In this document: positions 1 through 14,038 of the stretch, in pieces
Layout: each line of letters opens with the position of its first letter
Numbering within the stretch: the stretch's first letter is position 1
Assembly: GCA_963740315.1 (NCBI GenBank)
Contig: CAVUDP010000002.1
Location: forward strand, 640,001 to 704,000
DNA from: an uncultured cyanobacterium
GTDB taxonomy: Bacteria > Cyanobacteriota > Cyanobacteriia > Cyanobacteriales > Nostocaceae
DNA length: 64,000 nt
Direction: 5' to 3'
Notes under the pieces: generated by a model
The model's database searches: none
What the model was told of the DNA's origin: nothing
The model's input: only the letters and a program-made list of their open reading frames with translations
Translations under genes and position numbers: made by a program

Positions 1-657
1 CAAAATAACAACGGGAAATTCTTTACATTCAACTTTGCCTTTGACAATGATTGCTTTCTCGTTGTCATAAGTCTTAACAGTAATGTTGTTTAACTTATTT
101 ATATTATCTTTATTAGCTATTCTGGCTAACTCAGGGATATCAAATTCTCCTTCTTCAAAAATATTCAACAAATCATTAGGTAAATCAATATCACTTTTAT
201 CCATTTCATCAATCAATAATACCCTGGGTTTATGCTTATTTGAACAAAATAATGCTGTTCCCAACGTTCCCAATTGAATATATTTACCAATGTCTGCTAA
301 ATTATCTTGGTCATTAGCTTTAGCATCTTGTAAACGACCAATAGCATCATAACTATACAACCCTTGCTGTAGAGTTGAGCGAGTAGTAATATTCCAACGT
401 AATACTTCACCTAGATTTAATTCCTTAGCCACTGCATAAGCTAAAGAACTTTTACCCGTTCCCGGTTTTCCAGTTACCAACAAAGGACGACGTAAATACA
501 ACGCTGCATTTACCAGTTCTATTTCTTCAAGCCTAGCCTGGTAAGTAGAACCTCGTTCTTGTTTCTCAAATGTTCGCCAACTAGGAGGATCGGGAAGTTT
601 TTTAATATCATCGTGAGTCTTGTCAGGGGTTCCTTTAAATATTTTCCAGGATGTCAT
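1..657 (-). CDS. MoxR-family AAA+ ATPase of a VMAP-type ternary system (partial, runs off the window start)
   Basis: Not in the ORF track; translated by hand from ATG at 657: MTSWKIFKG...LPDPPSWR...[32 protein letters not shown]...YDAIGRLQ...[25 protein letters not shown] (Walker A and B). Confidence 0.9.
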   Translation of the reverse strand, partial: MTSWKIFKGTPDKTHDDIKKLPDPPSWRTFEKQERGSTYQARLEEIELVNAALYLRRPLLVTGKPGTGKSSLAYAVAKELNLGEVLRWNITTRSTLQQGLYSYDAIGRLQDAKANDQDNLADIGKYIQLGTLGTALFCSNKHKPRVLLIDEMDKSDIDLPNDLLNIFEEGEFDIPELARIANKDNINKLNNITVKTYDNEKAIIVKGKVECKEFPVVIL

Positions 658-686
658 AGCTGAATATTAATATATTAATGTAAAAC

Positions 687-2093
687 TTATGGTAGTGATG
701 CAGGTAAAATTTCTGGGGGCAAGATATTTGGGTTATCCCATAATAGGACTATATTATTTCCAATATGATTTTTTTTCCCATAGGCATTCTTGCGTTTATC
801 TTTTATTTCTTCTGGTATTCTTGCAATCGAACAATCATTAATAATTGCTTCAAAATCACCCATAAACTCTGATTTTTTTGATTCACTTCTTAGCCATAAA
901 GCAACTGGTATTCCCTCGCTATCAATAGCTTTTAAAATATCATTAGAAGGAGTTTCAAATAGTTTTATACCAATAAATTCATGTGATAATAGATTTCTTA
1001 GAATTTCAGTTTCTTTCGAGTTATCTCCTAAAATTAAATAGGGACAACATACTTGTTCATATTGACTATATAGAGTTTCCCACCTTCCCTCCCAAAATTT
1101 GATTTTTTGATCTTTAATTTTTTTCTTCCACAGCTTTTTGATACGTTGATAAGAACGAATACTAACATGATACTTCATTCCAACTGCGTATAATTCTTCA
1201 TCATCATCATCATCCTCTCCTTCAAATTTTTTGGGAATAAAAGTATCGATTGGTTGGTTGAATAGCTCGCGAGGTAAGAAAAATTCGATTGTTGTAAGAA
1301 CTTTGTCCCATTGAGAAGCGCTTTGGTCAATAAAATATTTTAACAAACAAGGTATTTCTTTGGGTATTTCTTTCAAAGAAAACGTTTCTTTTTTTTGATA
1401 GGTTATCTCTAATGAATTTTTTACCTCTGATTTAGAATCGGATTCAACCAACCAAGATTTAATAATATAATTATTTTGATCTGCTTCCTGAAAGCTGGGT
1501 TCTATTAAAATAATCAAGCAAATTTTACTAGACTCTGGTTTTTGGTTTAATAGCCCATCCAGTTGAAGATGATTATTTTGTCCCCATTGTTTTAATTTGT
1601 TAATCATAGCTTTATCTTGAGCAATTTTTAGAGTACTTAATAATAGAGCTACAAATCGAATAACCGAATCTAGAGAAGATTCTTGTTTGTGAATATCATC
1701 AAGAGTATTGAAAATATCTTCAATATTATTTGACCACTCTTTATACTTAGGAAAACAAACAGAAGATGAATGCTTTAGTTGTTGAAAATAACTCTTTTCT
1801 AAAGGTTTTAATATCTCTTTTAATTCAATAATTGCTGAATTTTCTAATTCACAAATATAATTATTATAAGATTGTTTATTGCATTGAGAAATTGATTGTA
1901 AAAACTTAGGGAATTCATTTTCTTGATGTATTTCAAAATAGTCAAGAATTATCTTATCTCGAAGACTTCTATCCTGATTATCAGCAAACTGATTCCGCAC
2001 CTTAGCAAAATCGTCAAGCGATCGATCGAGTTCTTCAGATGTTAAAGAATTTATTAGTTCCCTTAATTTGGAACGAATGTACTTGTACTTCAT
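687..2093 (-). CDS. VMAP-like protein (N-terminal effector-associated domain, C-terminal VMAP-C-like domain)
   Basis: C-terminal motifs TIEFFLPRELFNQPID, VSIRSYQR, GIPVALWLR, IVLLWDNP; directly upstream of the MoxR gene; N-terminus duplicated in the neighbouring gene. Confidence 0.8.
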   Translation of the reverse strand: MKYKYIRSKLRELINSLTSEELDRSLDDFAKVRNQFADNQDRSLRDKIILDYFEIHQENEFPKFLQSISQCNKQSYNNYICELENSAIIELKEILKPLEKSYFQQLKHSSSVCFPKYKEWSNNIEDIFNTLDDIHKQESSLDSVIRFVALLLSTLKIAQDKAMINKLKQWGQNNHLQLDGLLNQKPESSKICLIILIEPSFQEADQNNYIIKSWLVESDSKSEVKNSLEITYQKKETFSLKEIPKEIPCLLKYFIDQSASQWDKVLTTIEFFLPRELFNQPIDTFIPKKFEGEDDDDDEELYAVGMKYHVSIRSYQRIKKLWKKKIKDQKIKFWEGRWETLYSQYEQVCCPYLILGDNSKETEILRNLLSHEFIGIKLFETPSNDILKAIDSEGIPVALWLRSESKKSEFMGDFEAIINDCSIARIPEEIKDKRKNAYGKKNHIGNNIVLLWDNPNILPPEILPASLP

Positions 2094-2104
2094 TAACTAC
2101 TTAC

Positions 2105-4012
2105 CTACTGTCCAATAATCCAATAATTTTGCCCATTCTCTTGTTTTTTTCGCAATCCAAATCGTTGTTCGGGAGAAGCATTATGTATCAATAAATCATG
2201 CATATCTTGGAGCAAATCCCGAGCATCTGCGAAATAACCATGACCTAGAAGTGTTAAATCAATATTAGAAACTTCTACTGTATCGATGCCATCAATAACT
2301 GTAATCGGTGGGAAAAAACCAACACGGGGATAATCGTGAATAATACCTGATGTCGCCAAAGCTTTATCTTTAGCAGAAATGTAAAGAGTCGTGCGTTCAG
2401 CTAGGTTTTGATAAGCTTGGGCTAATTCTTGAAAGATATCGGGATCGACATCAGGAGCAGCAAGAAAAAGTTGTCCAAAGGAGATATCACTTCCGGTTTT
2501 AACTTGAGCTAAAATTCGCTGCATTGCCCTGAGTAACCCTCGATTTCCCATACTATGAGCAATAATATGGATTTTTTCTGCCCCACTATTTTGCGCCAAG
2601 TTGAGTAAAAACTCAGTAATATATCTCTCACTGGCTTCAATCGTCGCTTCATCTGCTGCATAGCCAGTTAGTTTTGCTCGTGAAGGCCAGCTATAGAAAG
2701 CCATAATCCCTGACACTTGCAAATCTACACCAATCTGCGCGGCTCGCAAAGCTGCATCTTCAAAACTGACGTTAAAACCGTGAATGAAGACTAAAGCGGA
2801 ACGCTCATCTGGTTGATTTTCTTGTAACATCCGCTGGATTCGATCCCAAAAATTCTTTTCCTGGAGGAGTTTCAAACTCTCTTGCTTGAGTTTGAGGCGA
2901 TCGTCACTCAACGTTAACAACCTCTGCCAAAAGGGAGAACCAGTAGAACCAATTTTATGGGACTTTGGTACTGCTACTTCACAAGTGCCATAGTGAAGCT
3001 GGCGATCGCGCTCTCCAGAAAACCCTTGGGATAGATGCTGCGGGTTTTTCGGTTTGCGGTTAGTTCCGAACCAAAGAGGATATAGGGTAGCTTCAGTTGA
3101 TTGCGTGCGCGTAACACTACGAGTAACTTTTGGTTCTACTTGCTCTTGCTGACGCAGGGATGTATCGCGAGTGATAAAACGTGGTACTGCACTATCTGAG
3201 AAATCCAATAATTTAATTTCATTACGACCAAGTTCAAAAGCACTGTAATATCCCCTGCCAAATCCTAAACCTCGATAAAAACCTGCGGCAAATGTTACGG
3301 CAGATCGATCGCTAATTTCTTTACTCATACCGACAACACAGCTAACTTGCTCGGCAAGTGCATCGGCTTTCTCTAAAGAAAAGCAGGCATTAAGCACAAC
3401 ACATTCTATCCTTCCCCGCACCACAGCCAATAACTCTGCCAGTGCTTGTGAAGTAACTGACTGCGGTTGTCCGTGAGAGTTATGTAAAATAATATCCCCA
3501 TTAGAATTGCCGTGAGCGCTAAAGTGAAGAATTAGCGGTTCATATTGTAGTAAATATTTAGACAGTTCTTCTCCCTGAACTGCTGTTTCGACTTTAACTA
3601 TATAGTTTTTTCCCACTTCTCCTTCTTGCAATCGCTGTCGAATTCGATTGGCTTCTTCCTCCAATTGGAGTCGCTCAGTACCGATTGGATTAGCGGCAAG
3701 AACCAGAATATCGCAGTTTTTATCTTCTGAGACATTAGGTGTTTGATTTAATTTTGAATTTTCAGAACTCTGTAATTCTGTAACATACTTCTGATAAGCT
3801 GTTAAATTGCAGATTTTAATAACTTCTAATAATTTAGGAAATCTTTCTTGATGTATTTCAAAATAGTCAAGAATTATTCTGTCTCTAAGATATTTTTGCT
3901 GTCCATCAGTAAACTCGTTCCGCACAGAAGGAAAATCATCAAGGCATTCATCAAGTTCTTGAAAAGTTAAAGATTTTATTAATTCCCTAAGTTTGGTACG
4001 GTTATAGTTCAT
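2105..4012 (-). CDS. EAD-like domain + CHAT (caspase-like) peptidase + DUF900 alpha/beta hydrolase
   Basis: ILVLAANP..RLQLEEE, LHFSAHG and VVLNACFS (CHAT His/Cys); FIHGFN, YSWPS, IAHSMG, LAAPDVD, GHGYF (DUF900). Confidence 0.85.
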   Translation of the reverse strand: MNYNRTKLRELIKSLTFQELDECLDDFPSVRNEFTDGQQKYLRDRIILDYFEIHQERFPKLLEVIKICNLTAYQKYVTELQSSENSKLNQTPNVSEDKNCDILVLAANPIGTERLQLEEEANRIRQRLQEGEVGKNYIVKVETAVQGEELSKYLLQYEPLILHFSAHGNSNGDIILHNSHGQPQSVTSQALAELLAVVRGRIECVVLNACFSLEKADALAEQVSCVVGMSKEISDRSAVTFAAGFYRGLGFGRGYYSAFELGRNEIKLLDFSDSAVPRFITRDTSLRQQEQVEPKVTRSVTRTQSTEATLYPLWFGTNRKPKNPQHLSQGFSGERDRQLHYGTCEVAVPKSHKIGSTGSPFWQRLLTLSDDRLKLKQESLKLLQEKNFWDRIQRMLQENQPDERSALVFIHGFNVSFEDAALRAAQIGVDLQVSGIMAFYSWPSRAKLTGYAADEATIEASERYITEFLLNLAQNSGAEKIHIIAHSMGNRGLLRAMQRILAQVKTGSDISFGQLFLAAPDVDPDIFQELAQAYQNLAERTTLYISAKDKALATSGIIHDYPRVGFFPPITVIDGIDTVEVSNIDLTLLGHGYFADARDLLQDMHDLLIHNASPEQRFGLRKKQENGQNYWIIGQ

Positions 4013-4254
4013 TGCTTAATTACCTATGTAAATCTCAGTCACTATCAATGGCAACCTACTGCTTTGTCCCATAAAAAATGCCGGGTGAGGGTAAGCAGGG
4101 GGAGCGGAGGAAGCAGGGGAGCAGGGGAAGAAAAAGCTTTTTGTTTTCAAACTACACACCTCATAAGGTTCGTAGTAAGGGCTTTAGCCCCAATCCGGAG
4201 CGAAGACAGCGCTTACTACCAACCTTATTGCCTATCATATTTAATGCAATCGAC

Positions 4255-4384
4255 TAAGTAGGTGGACACAAATAAATGTGTCATTGCGACCGTAGGGAAG
4301 CAATCTCAAAGTCTTGCGGTTGCTTCGTTTCACTCCGTTCAACTCGCAATGACAAATATATAATTAATTTTGTCCAAGTACTTA
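4255..4384. repeat. MITE-like element with imperfect terminal inverted repeats, enclosing a TGTCATTGCGA...GCAATGACA palindromic repeat
   Basis: TAAGTAGGTGGACA ... TGTCCAAGTACTTA ends; the inner palindrome family recurs near 51550 and 61107. Confidence 0.55.
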
Positions 4385-4470
4385 CTAGCGGTGCGTTTCT
4401 TAATTCCGACGAATTGTAAGACACATAGCACTGCTACGTGTCTATATTTGATGTCGTGGAATAACGAAAA

Positions 4471-6999
4471 TTATTTGCTTGGAGTATTATCTATTTCCCC
4501 AACCATAATGCCACGCCCTGATAAGGCTGCATACACTAAGTTGGGCGATCGCATATCTCCTTCTAACCAGGTAATTCCGGGAAATTGCTGTACTTCGGGA
4601 TTACTAATTTGTTTCCAGGTATTGCCCATATTTTGAGAAACATACATAGTATCTTTTTTGGCACCGCCTACACGCCCAAACATATAGACGTTGGGGTTTT
4701 TGTCTGAATTACCTTTACCAAAGGTAACGAATTCGCAGGTATCTACCGATGTAATTGCATTGAAGTTTTTACCCCCGTCGCTGGAACGATACAGTTTGTT
4801 TCCTTCTAAATCTTCGGGGTTGCGAGCAAAACTCATCCATACATCACCCTGCTTTGTGGGATTGGAAACTATCGCCGGACGAACCATCCATGTAGGTAAT
4901 TTTCCGGATGCTCCTTTTTTCCAATTAGCGCCGCCATCGTTGCTGTAGTAAAACGTCCAACCGTTGTAATAGTAAAAAGTTTTACCAGTAGGATCTTGGC
5001 GATCGGCTGCCAAAATATACGAACTTAACCACGGATTAATGCTGTTCGCCCAAGATTTGGGTAATGCATCGTAATGGGTGTGTTTATCGTTGTTGGGGTC
5101 GAAAGGTTCGGGTTTCGGCTCGCTATCTGAATTATGGGCTAGCTTCCAGGTTTTACCACCGTCCATAGTATAGTGAGTGTAAGGTCCCCAAGTCGGTGCC
5201 CAAACCATGTTTTGTGGGTTAGTGGGCGACATGGCGATTTGACCGCCCATTGCGATCGTTTTCTGTCGCTTGGATTTCTCGGCTTTCCACATATTTTCCG
5301 TGGGTACTGACTCGAAAGCCTGCCAAGTTTTACCGTTATCTTTGCTAAAACCATGTATCGGATAAAATCCTTGCCATTGGTGAAAACCCACAAAGGCAGC
5401 GTATTCAGGTTTTTTATAGGCATAATCCATACCCGTTGCTCCCGCTACATGGGGAAAGGGTACGGGATATTTTTTCCAGTCGGGGTTAGCCCATTTAAAA
5501 GCAGGATTGATATCGATGTTTGCTGGATTGATTTTTTCCGACGGTACCTGGTGACGATTGACGTGGCGAAAACCAATCATGTCCCCTACCGCGCTGATTA
5601 AATCTGCTCCTCCCTGGGATTTGGGAACTGGTGGAACCCGCACGATGTTGGGATCGAGTTCTTCTAGGTTGTTCATCAACCATTTGAAGTTCGGGTTTTC
5701 AGCAGTTATGTCCGAAGTACAAGCGACACCAAAACCGTTTGTCCACCATACTTGTTTGGGATTGGCTGGATCGATTACAACTACTGATGCCCCAGTTCCA
5801 GAATAAGATTGATAATATTTGGGAGCGGATGGATTTACTTTATCTTTGGGATAATTCGCATCATAAGCACCCATGTACATTGTTTGTTTGTTCCAAGTGT
5901 TACCAGCATTGCTGGAACGGTAAAGATATTTATCAGAAATCGCTATAACCGTCGTGGGATTATTTCCCCATACACTTACGGCTGAATAAACTTTATCCGT
6001 ACCATCGGGAGTAATATCAATCCATTTTCCGTCTCTATATTTACGAACTCCACCAGATTTCTTTCCCCCGCTTTTCGGTTTAGTTCCAAAACTTACGTAA
6101 AGCCTACCGTCATCGGAAACTGTACCGCGTAAGGGATCTTTTCCTCCAGCAATATTACGCCAAGATTGACCAGCGTCACTGCTACTCCATACGCCTTTTC
6201 CGTGAACTCCTACATATATTGTTTGAGTTGGTTGGTTAGCTTTCCCAGAATTTTTATCGAAAGCCACAAAGGTAAAGCCCGGTATATCTTCATTTTCTTT
6301 GCCGTTAGATTTGTTATATTCCGGTAAGCTGCTAGCATCTGGCAATCCACCGCTAACTCGCGTCCATTCAAGATTTCCGTTCTTTCTCCACAGCCCATCG
6401 CGACGAGAAGCAAAGTAAATTATCTCACTATTGTTGGGATCTACTACTAAACGTTCCCCTGTATCGGAACGGTATTCTTTATCCGCTCCCGTGAAGACAT
6501 TTTTTTTACCTAAGCCTGTTAGTTTCCAGGTGTTTCCTCTATCTTCGGAAACCATTACTTCACCTGAATATTTATACTTCTTTCTACCATCTTCGGTAAC
6601 AATTGAGCTTCCATGCCTAACCGCAGCATATACGCGAGTAGGCTTTTCCCAGTCAACAGCGACACTTGCAACACGTATACCACCCCCTGAAAAGTTGGTA
6701 TCAAACATATCCATCATCGGTAGCCATTTCTGATTCTTGCGATCGAAGCGATAAGCACCACCAACATCCGTGCGAATGTAAACATCATAGGGTTTGACAG
6801 GTGCGATCGCCATACCCGTAACGTAACCCATACCCTGAATATTTACGTTACTCCATTTAAAGGATTGCGGGTTTATAGCTTGGGTAGATATCATGCTATT
6901 GTTCCAAATTAAGAGCATTACTACTGTAGATATCAGCAGCACAAAGAAACTTAATTTACGTAGTAGAGGCGTGAGTAGTTGCTTGCTGAGGATATTCAT
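4471..6999 (-). CDS. Secreted GH74-like xyloglucanase / BNR-repeat beta-propeller glycoside hydrolase
   Basis: YIRTDVGGAYR motif, GERLVVDPN, several S-x-D-x-G-x-T/S-W Asp-boxes, hydrophobic N-terminus. Start at 6999 preferred over 7023. Confidence 0.8.
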   Translation of the reverse strand: MNILSKQLLTPLLRKLSFFVLLISTVVMLLIWNNSMISTQAINPQSFKWSNVNIQGMGYVTGMAIAPVKPYDVYIRTDVGGAYRFDRKNQKWLPMMDMFDTNFSGGGIRVASVAVDWEKPTRVYAAVRHGSSIVTEDGRKKYKYSGEVMVSEDRGNTWKLTGLGKKNVFTGADKEYRSDTGERLVVDPNNSEIIYFASRRDGLWRKNGNLEWTRVSGGLPDASSLPEYNKSNGKENEDIPGFTFVAFDKNSGKANQPTQTIYVGVHGKGVWSSSDAGQSWRNIAGGKDPLRGTVSDDGRLYVSFGTKPKSGGKKSGGVRKYRDGKWIDITPDGTDKVYSAVSVWGNNPTTVIAISDKYLYRSSNAGNTWNKQTMYMGAYDANYPKDKVNPSAPKYYQSYSGTGASVVVIDPANPKQVWWTNGFGVACTSDITAENPNFKWLMNNLEELDPNIVRVPPVPKSQGGADLISAVGDMIGFRHVNRHQVPSEKINPANIDINPAFKWANPDWKKYPVPFPHVAGATGMDYAYKKPEYAAFVGFHQWQGFYPIHGFSKDNGKTWQAFESVPTENMWKAEKSKRQKTIAMGGQIAMSPTNPQNMVWAPTWGPYTHYTMDGGKTWKLAHNSDSEPKPEPFDPNNDKHTHYDALPKSWANSINPWLSSYILAADRQDPTGKTFYYYNGWTFYYSNDGGANWKKGASGKLPTWMVRPAIVSNPTKQGDVWMSFARNPEDLEGNKLYRSSDGGKNFNAITSVDTCEFVTFGKGNSDKNPNVYMFGRVGGAKKDTMYVSQNMGNTWKQISNPEVQQFPGITWLEGDMRSPNLVYAALSGRGIMVGEIDNTPSK

Positions 7000-7483
7000 T
7001 GTTTTGATGCATATAAACAGCATTCGTTTCGTAGTCTTTCCTCTCCTTCTTTATGTTCCTTTTTAGGAAGAAAAATAAAAAGTAAGTTGTAAAAGGAAGT
7101 ATACACAAACGAATTGTCTTTGTTTATCTAACTACAGACACGCCGAAAAATTCATTTGATTGATTTATGTAACTATAATTAATGCTTATTCTCGATCGGA
7201 ACTTTATATTTAGGGTTTGAGAAAAGGGTTGTGGGGAACTGCGTAGTGCGAGCCGGAATGCTCGCTAGTATTCTATTCGTAGGGTGCGTTACGACTTCAG
7301 TCTAACGCACCGAAAGATTCATGCAATGGTGCGTTGCGCTCCGCGACAATTATTGCCATCAACTTTGCAGAATATGTTTCCAGCACCCAGCAGGAACGGA
7401 AAATAGCATTAGTTCCTAAAACGACGCGGAAGTAACCATTCACCCATTAAACAATTTACTTAAACTTATTTTTACCTTCAAAA

Positions 7484-8023
7484 CTAACGGAACAACCTCG
7501 CAACAGCACAATTAAAATTTGGAAGCAACGGCGAAGTTAACTCATCAGAACTGAGTAAAGTTGCAGCCAGCTTGAGTTGAGCTTTGTCACGTCTGTAAAC
7601 TTCAACTTGCTGCGATACACCTCCGGTGTCACGCTTTGCGTATCGCCAATCTAAAATCCAATATTCTTGCACTCCTCTAAGACCGTATAATTTTAACTTC
7701 GCTTCTCGATCGCGACGTTGGTTTATAACTCCCTCAGAAAGGACTTCAACAGCCAAATCTGGCGCTCCGGTTAGGTGTCCAGCGTCATCAATCAAAGCGG
7801 AAAGACGTTCAAAACTAACCCAAACGACATCGGGAATTACGTTATCGGCATCAGTAAAAATAACTCCGGGAGTGGGAATCGCTTGTCCCGATTGGTTTTG
7901 TTCTGACCAATCATTTAAAACTGAGAAAACTGAACCAATAACCTTTTGATGTCTCCAATCTGGTACCGCAGTTACAAATAATTCCCCATCAATTATTTCG
8001 TAGCGATCGCCGTTATCAGGCAG
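7484..8023 (-). pseudogene. Uma2-family (DUF820) endonuclease, 5'-truncated next to a repeat element
   Basis: The frame extends upstream of the ORF call as LPDNGDRYEIIDGELFV...IPDVVWVS...GAPDLAVEVLS...KLKLY...GVQEYWILD, then enters the 8024-8173 element and meets TAG with no ATG. Confidence 0.7.
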
Positions 8024-8173
8024 TCCGCCGGAGGTTGAAAACCCCCGTCTAATAGCTAAAGTCGCTCTTTTGACGACTGAAAAATCATCTATTGCATCAA
8101 ATATGACAAGTATCCCTTTAGTCCTATTTATAGGACTTTTGCTATTAGACAGGGACTTGCAGTCCCTGGCGGA
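8024..8173. mobile_element. ~150 bp REP/MITE-like element with hairpin-rich inverted arms
   Basis: TCCGCC...CTAATAGC..AAGTC and GACTTTTGCTATTAG...GGCGGA arms; related copies at 55660-55715 and 62670-62789. Confidence 0.7.
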
Positions 8174-8261
8174 GTTAGAGTTTTAAGCACTTCTGTGTAC
8201 ACCGTAGCCTGATTTATGGAGAGGGGAGCAATACGGCGGGGTGAGGTTTCTTTAAATACAC

Positions 8262-8287
8262 AAAAAAAGAGGTCGTCTCTGACCTCT
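8262..8287 (-). terminator. Intrinsic terminator of apcABC
   Basis: AGAGGTC-6 nt-GACCTCT stem followed by a T-run on the minus strand, about 50 nt after the apcC stop. Confidence 0.65.
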
Positions 8288-8337
8288 CCGCAAAATTTTA
8301 TAGTGATATATGGTTTATTCTTGACTTATATTAATAT

Positions 8338-8541
8338 CTACTTTAAACCAGTGTTCATACCTTGCTTGCCGGTAGCTAATTCTACTTTCATAATTGTGCC
8401 ACCCATTTTCTGAATGCGTTGCTGTTCGCGGAACCAGTTTTCGTAAGGAACTAGTTTGGTGAAATAGGTATTTTGTAGTTCGCGTTGAGTACGAATTCTA
8501 GTTTGGCTGGGAACGCAAGCAGTAACTTTAAACATCCGCAT
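8338..8541 (-). CDS. apcC: Phycobilisome 7.8 kDa core linker
   Basis: MRMFKVTACVPSQTRIRTQRELQNTYFTKLVPYENWFREQQRIQKMGG; follows apcAB. Confidence 0.98.
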   Translation of the reverse strand: MRMFKVTACVPSQTRIRTQRELQNTYFTKLVPYENWFREQQRIQKMGGTIMKVELATGKQGMNTGLK

Positions 8542-8828
8542 GGGATTAAATCTCCTTATGGTAGTAACTGAGAATTTTTTTATTAGAAGAATTTCAGAAA
8601 TTATTAAATTCTGAATTTCTTTATTATTTATTTCAAAAAAAGCAAATCTTTATTTGATTGTTGCGAGGCTGGAAATCAATCATCAATACCAGACAGCTAA
8701 TACATATGATTCCAAATTCTGAAAAAATAAGCAATTAAACTTTCTAGCACTCACAACTGATTTCCAGACCTTCATCATTAGTAGCACTTAAACTTCAAGA
8801 ATTAACTTAAGCACTCCTAAAAATGCTA

Positions 8829-9314
8829 CTAGCTTAAGCCAGAGCAAATATAGTCGAAGTATACGCCCATTTCCTTACCAGCGTCAGGACCAACCAAGCT
8901 AGCGGTTACTTCCTTCATGGATTGGATAGCTTGCACGGTAGCACCAACAGGTACGCCCAAGGAATTGTAGGTTTCTTTCAAACCGTTCAATACGCGCTCA
9001 TCCAAAATGGAAGGATCGCCAGCCAACATAGCGTAGGTGGAGTAGCGTAAGTAGTAGTCCAAATCGCGGATACAAGCAGCGTAACGGCGAGTGGTGTACA
9101 TATTACCACCGGGACGGGTGATATCAGAGTACAACAAGGACTTAGCTACAGCTTCCTTAACGATCGCAGCAGCATTAGCAGCAATTGTGGTAGCAGCACG
9201 TACTCTCAATTCACCAGTCTGGAAATAGCCCTTGAGCTTTTCCATAGCGCCGGTATCGAGGTACTTACCTTGAACGTCCGAAGAATTAATGACAGAAGTA
9301 ATTGCGTCTTGCAT
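8829..9314 (-). CDS. apcB: Allophycocyanin beta subunit
   Basis: [20 protein letters not shown]...[16 protein letters not shown]. Confidence 0.99.
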   Translation of the reverse strand: MQDAITSVINSSDVQGKYLDTGAMEKLKGYFQTGELRVRAATTIAANAAAIVKEAVAKSLLYSDITRPGGNMYTTRRYAACIRDLDYYLRYSTYAMLAGDPSILDERVLNGLKETYNSLGVPVGATVQAIQSMKEVTASLVGPDAGKEMGVYFDYICSGLS

Positions 9315-9381
9315 TTTATTATTTCCTTATTTCCAACTGTTTTACAACATTTGGGAGATGTGATAGGGGAAAAGATTCGCC

Positions 9382-9867
9382 CTACTGCATCGCACCTACT
9401 AAATAGTCAAAGTAAGAACCAGCTTCGCCAGAGTCTTCAGCAGACATCATGCCGGTAGCAACGTTCTTCATAGCGCGAACGCCTTCAGCAACTGCATCAA
9501 TAGGAGTTCCGAGGGACTTGTACATTTCGCGAACGCCTACAATACCAATTTCTTCGATGGGTGTTACATCACCAGCAACGATTCCATAGGTAACTAAGCG
9601 TAGATAGTAATCCATGTCGCGCAAGCAGGTAGCGGTCATTTCTTGACCGTAAGCATTACCGCCAGGAGATACAACATCAGGACGCTTTTGGAACAGTTGA
9701 TCGCCAGCTTGCTTAACGATGCGCTCGCGATTTTCGGTTAGCATTTGAGCAATCCGCAAACGGCGCTCGCCACCTGTAACAAAACCTTTGATTCTATCTA
9801 ATTCGCCAGGGCTGAGGTAACGAGCCTCTGCATCAGCATTAACAATGGACTTCGTGACGATACTCAT
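9382..9867 (-). CDS. apcA: Allophycocyanin alpha subunit
   Basis: [27 protein letters not shown]...[12 protein letters not shown]. Confidence 0.99.
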   Translation of the reverse strand: MSIVTKSIVNADAEARYLSPGELDRIKGFVTGGERRLRIAQMLTENRERIVKQAGDQLFQKRPDVVSPGGNAYGQEMTATCLRDMDYYLRLVTYGIVAGDVTPIEEIGIVGVREMYKSLGTPIDAVAEGVRAMKNVATGMMSAEDSGEAGSYFDYLVGAMQ

Positions 9868-10109
9868 AGAAGGATTCCTCCAATACGAATGAAACCTGAG
9901 TTTATTTCAAAGCGGTGTTCTTAAAAATCGATGACCGAGCTTTTTACTTCGGAACTTCAAGTACATTCCGAGCCTGTTTGATTAAACACCATTACCAAAC
10001 TTGGAAACTCAATCATCCACAAAAATTATTCTCCGGCATTTTGTTGAGTATTTATAACTCTTTTTAACAGTTCGTAACATTAATTTTCATGTTCGCCGGT
10101 TTTTGGGCA

Positions 10110-10270
10110 TTGGGGGAGAGGGGGAGAGGGGGACAAGGAGATGGGGAGATGGGGAGATGGGGAGATGGGGAGATGGGGAGAAGTTAATTCTTAACTCACT
10201 CCTCACTCCTCACTCCTCACTCCTCACTCCTAACTCCTAACTATTACCCATGCCCCATTCCCCATGCCCA
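10110..10270. repeat. STRR-type short tandem repeats (GGGGAGAT, CTCACTC, CCCATGC)
   Basis: Visible 7-8 nt tandem units between apcE and apcA. Confidence 0.85.
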
Positions 10271-10314
10271 ACTCAATACCTTTAACCTTTAACATGCAGA
10301 CCTTTAACCTGAAT

Positions 10315-13854
<3,540 letters not shown>

Positions 13855-14038
13855 CTAGCTTTTAGATTAGAATGTTTTGAGTTTGATCGGGGTGTTTGTT
13901 AAGAAGTATGTAGAAATCCCATTAATAAAGTTGGGGATTGGGGATCGGGAATTGGGGATTGGGCCGAAGGGCATGGGCAATAAAATGTAGGGTGTGTTGT
14001 CGTGGAGCGCAACGCACCATTAAAAACTAGAGAAACCA

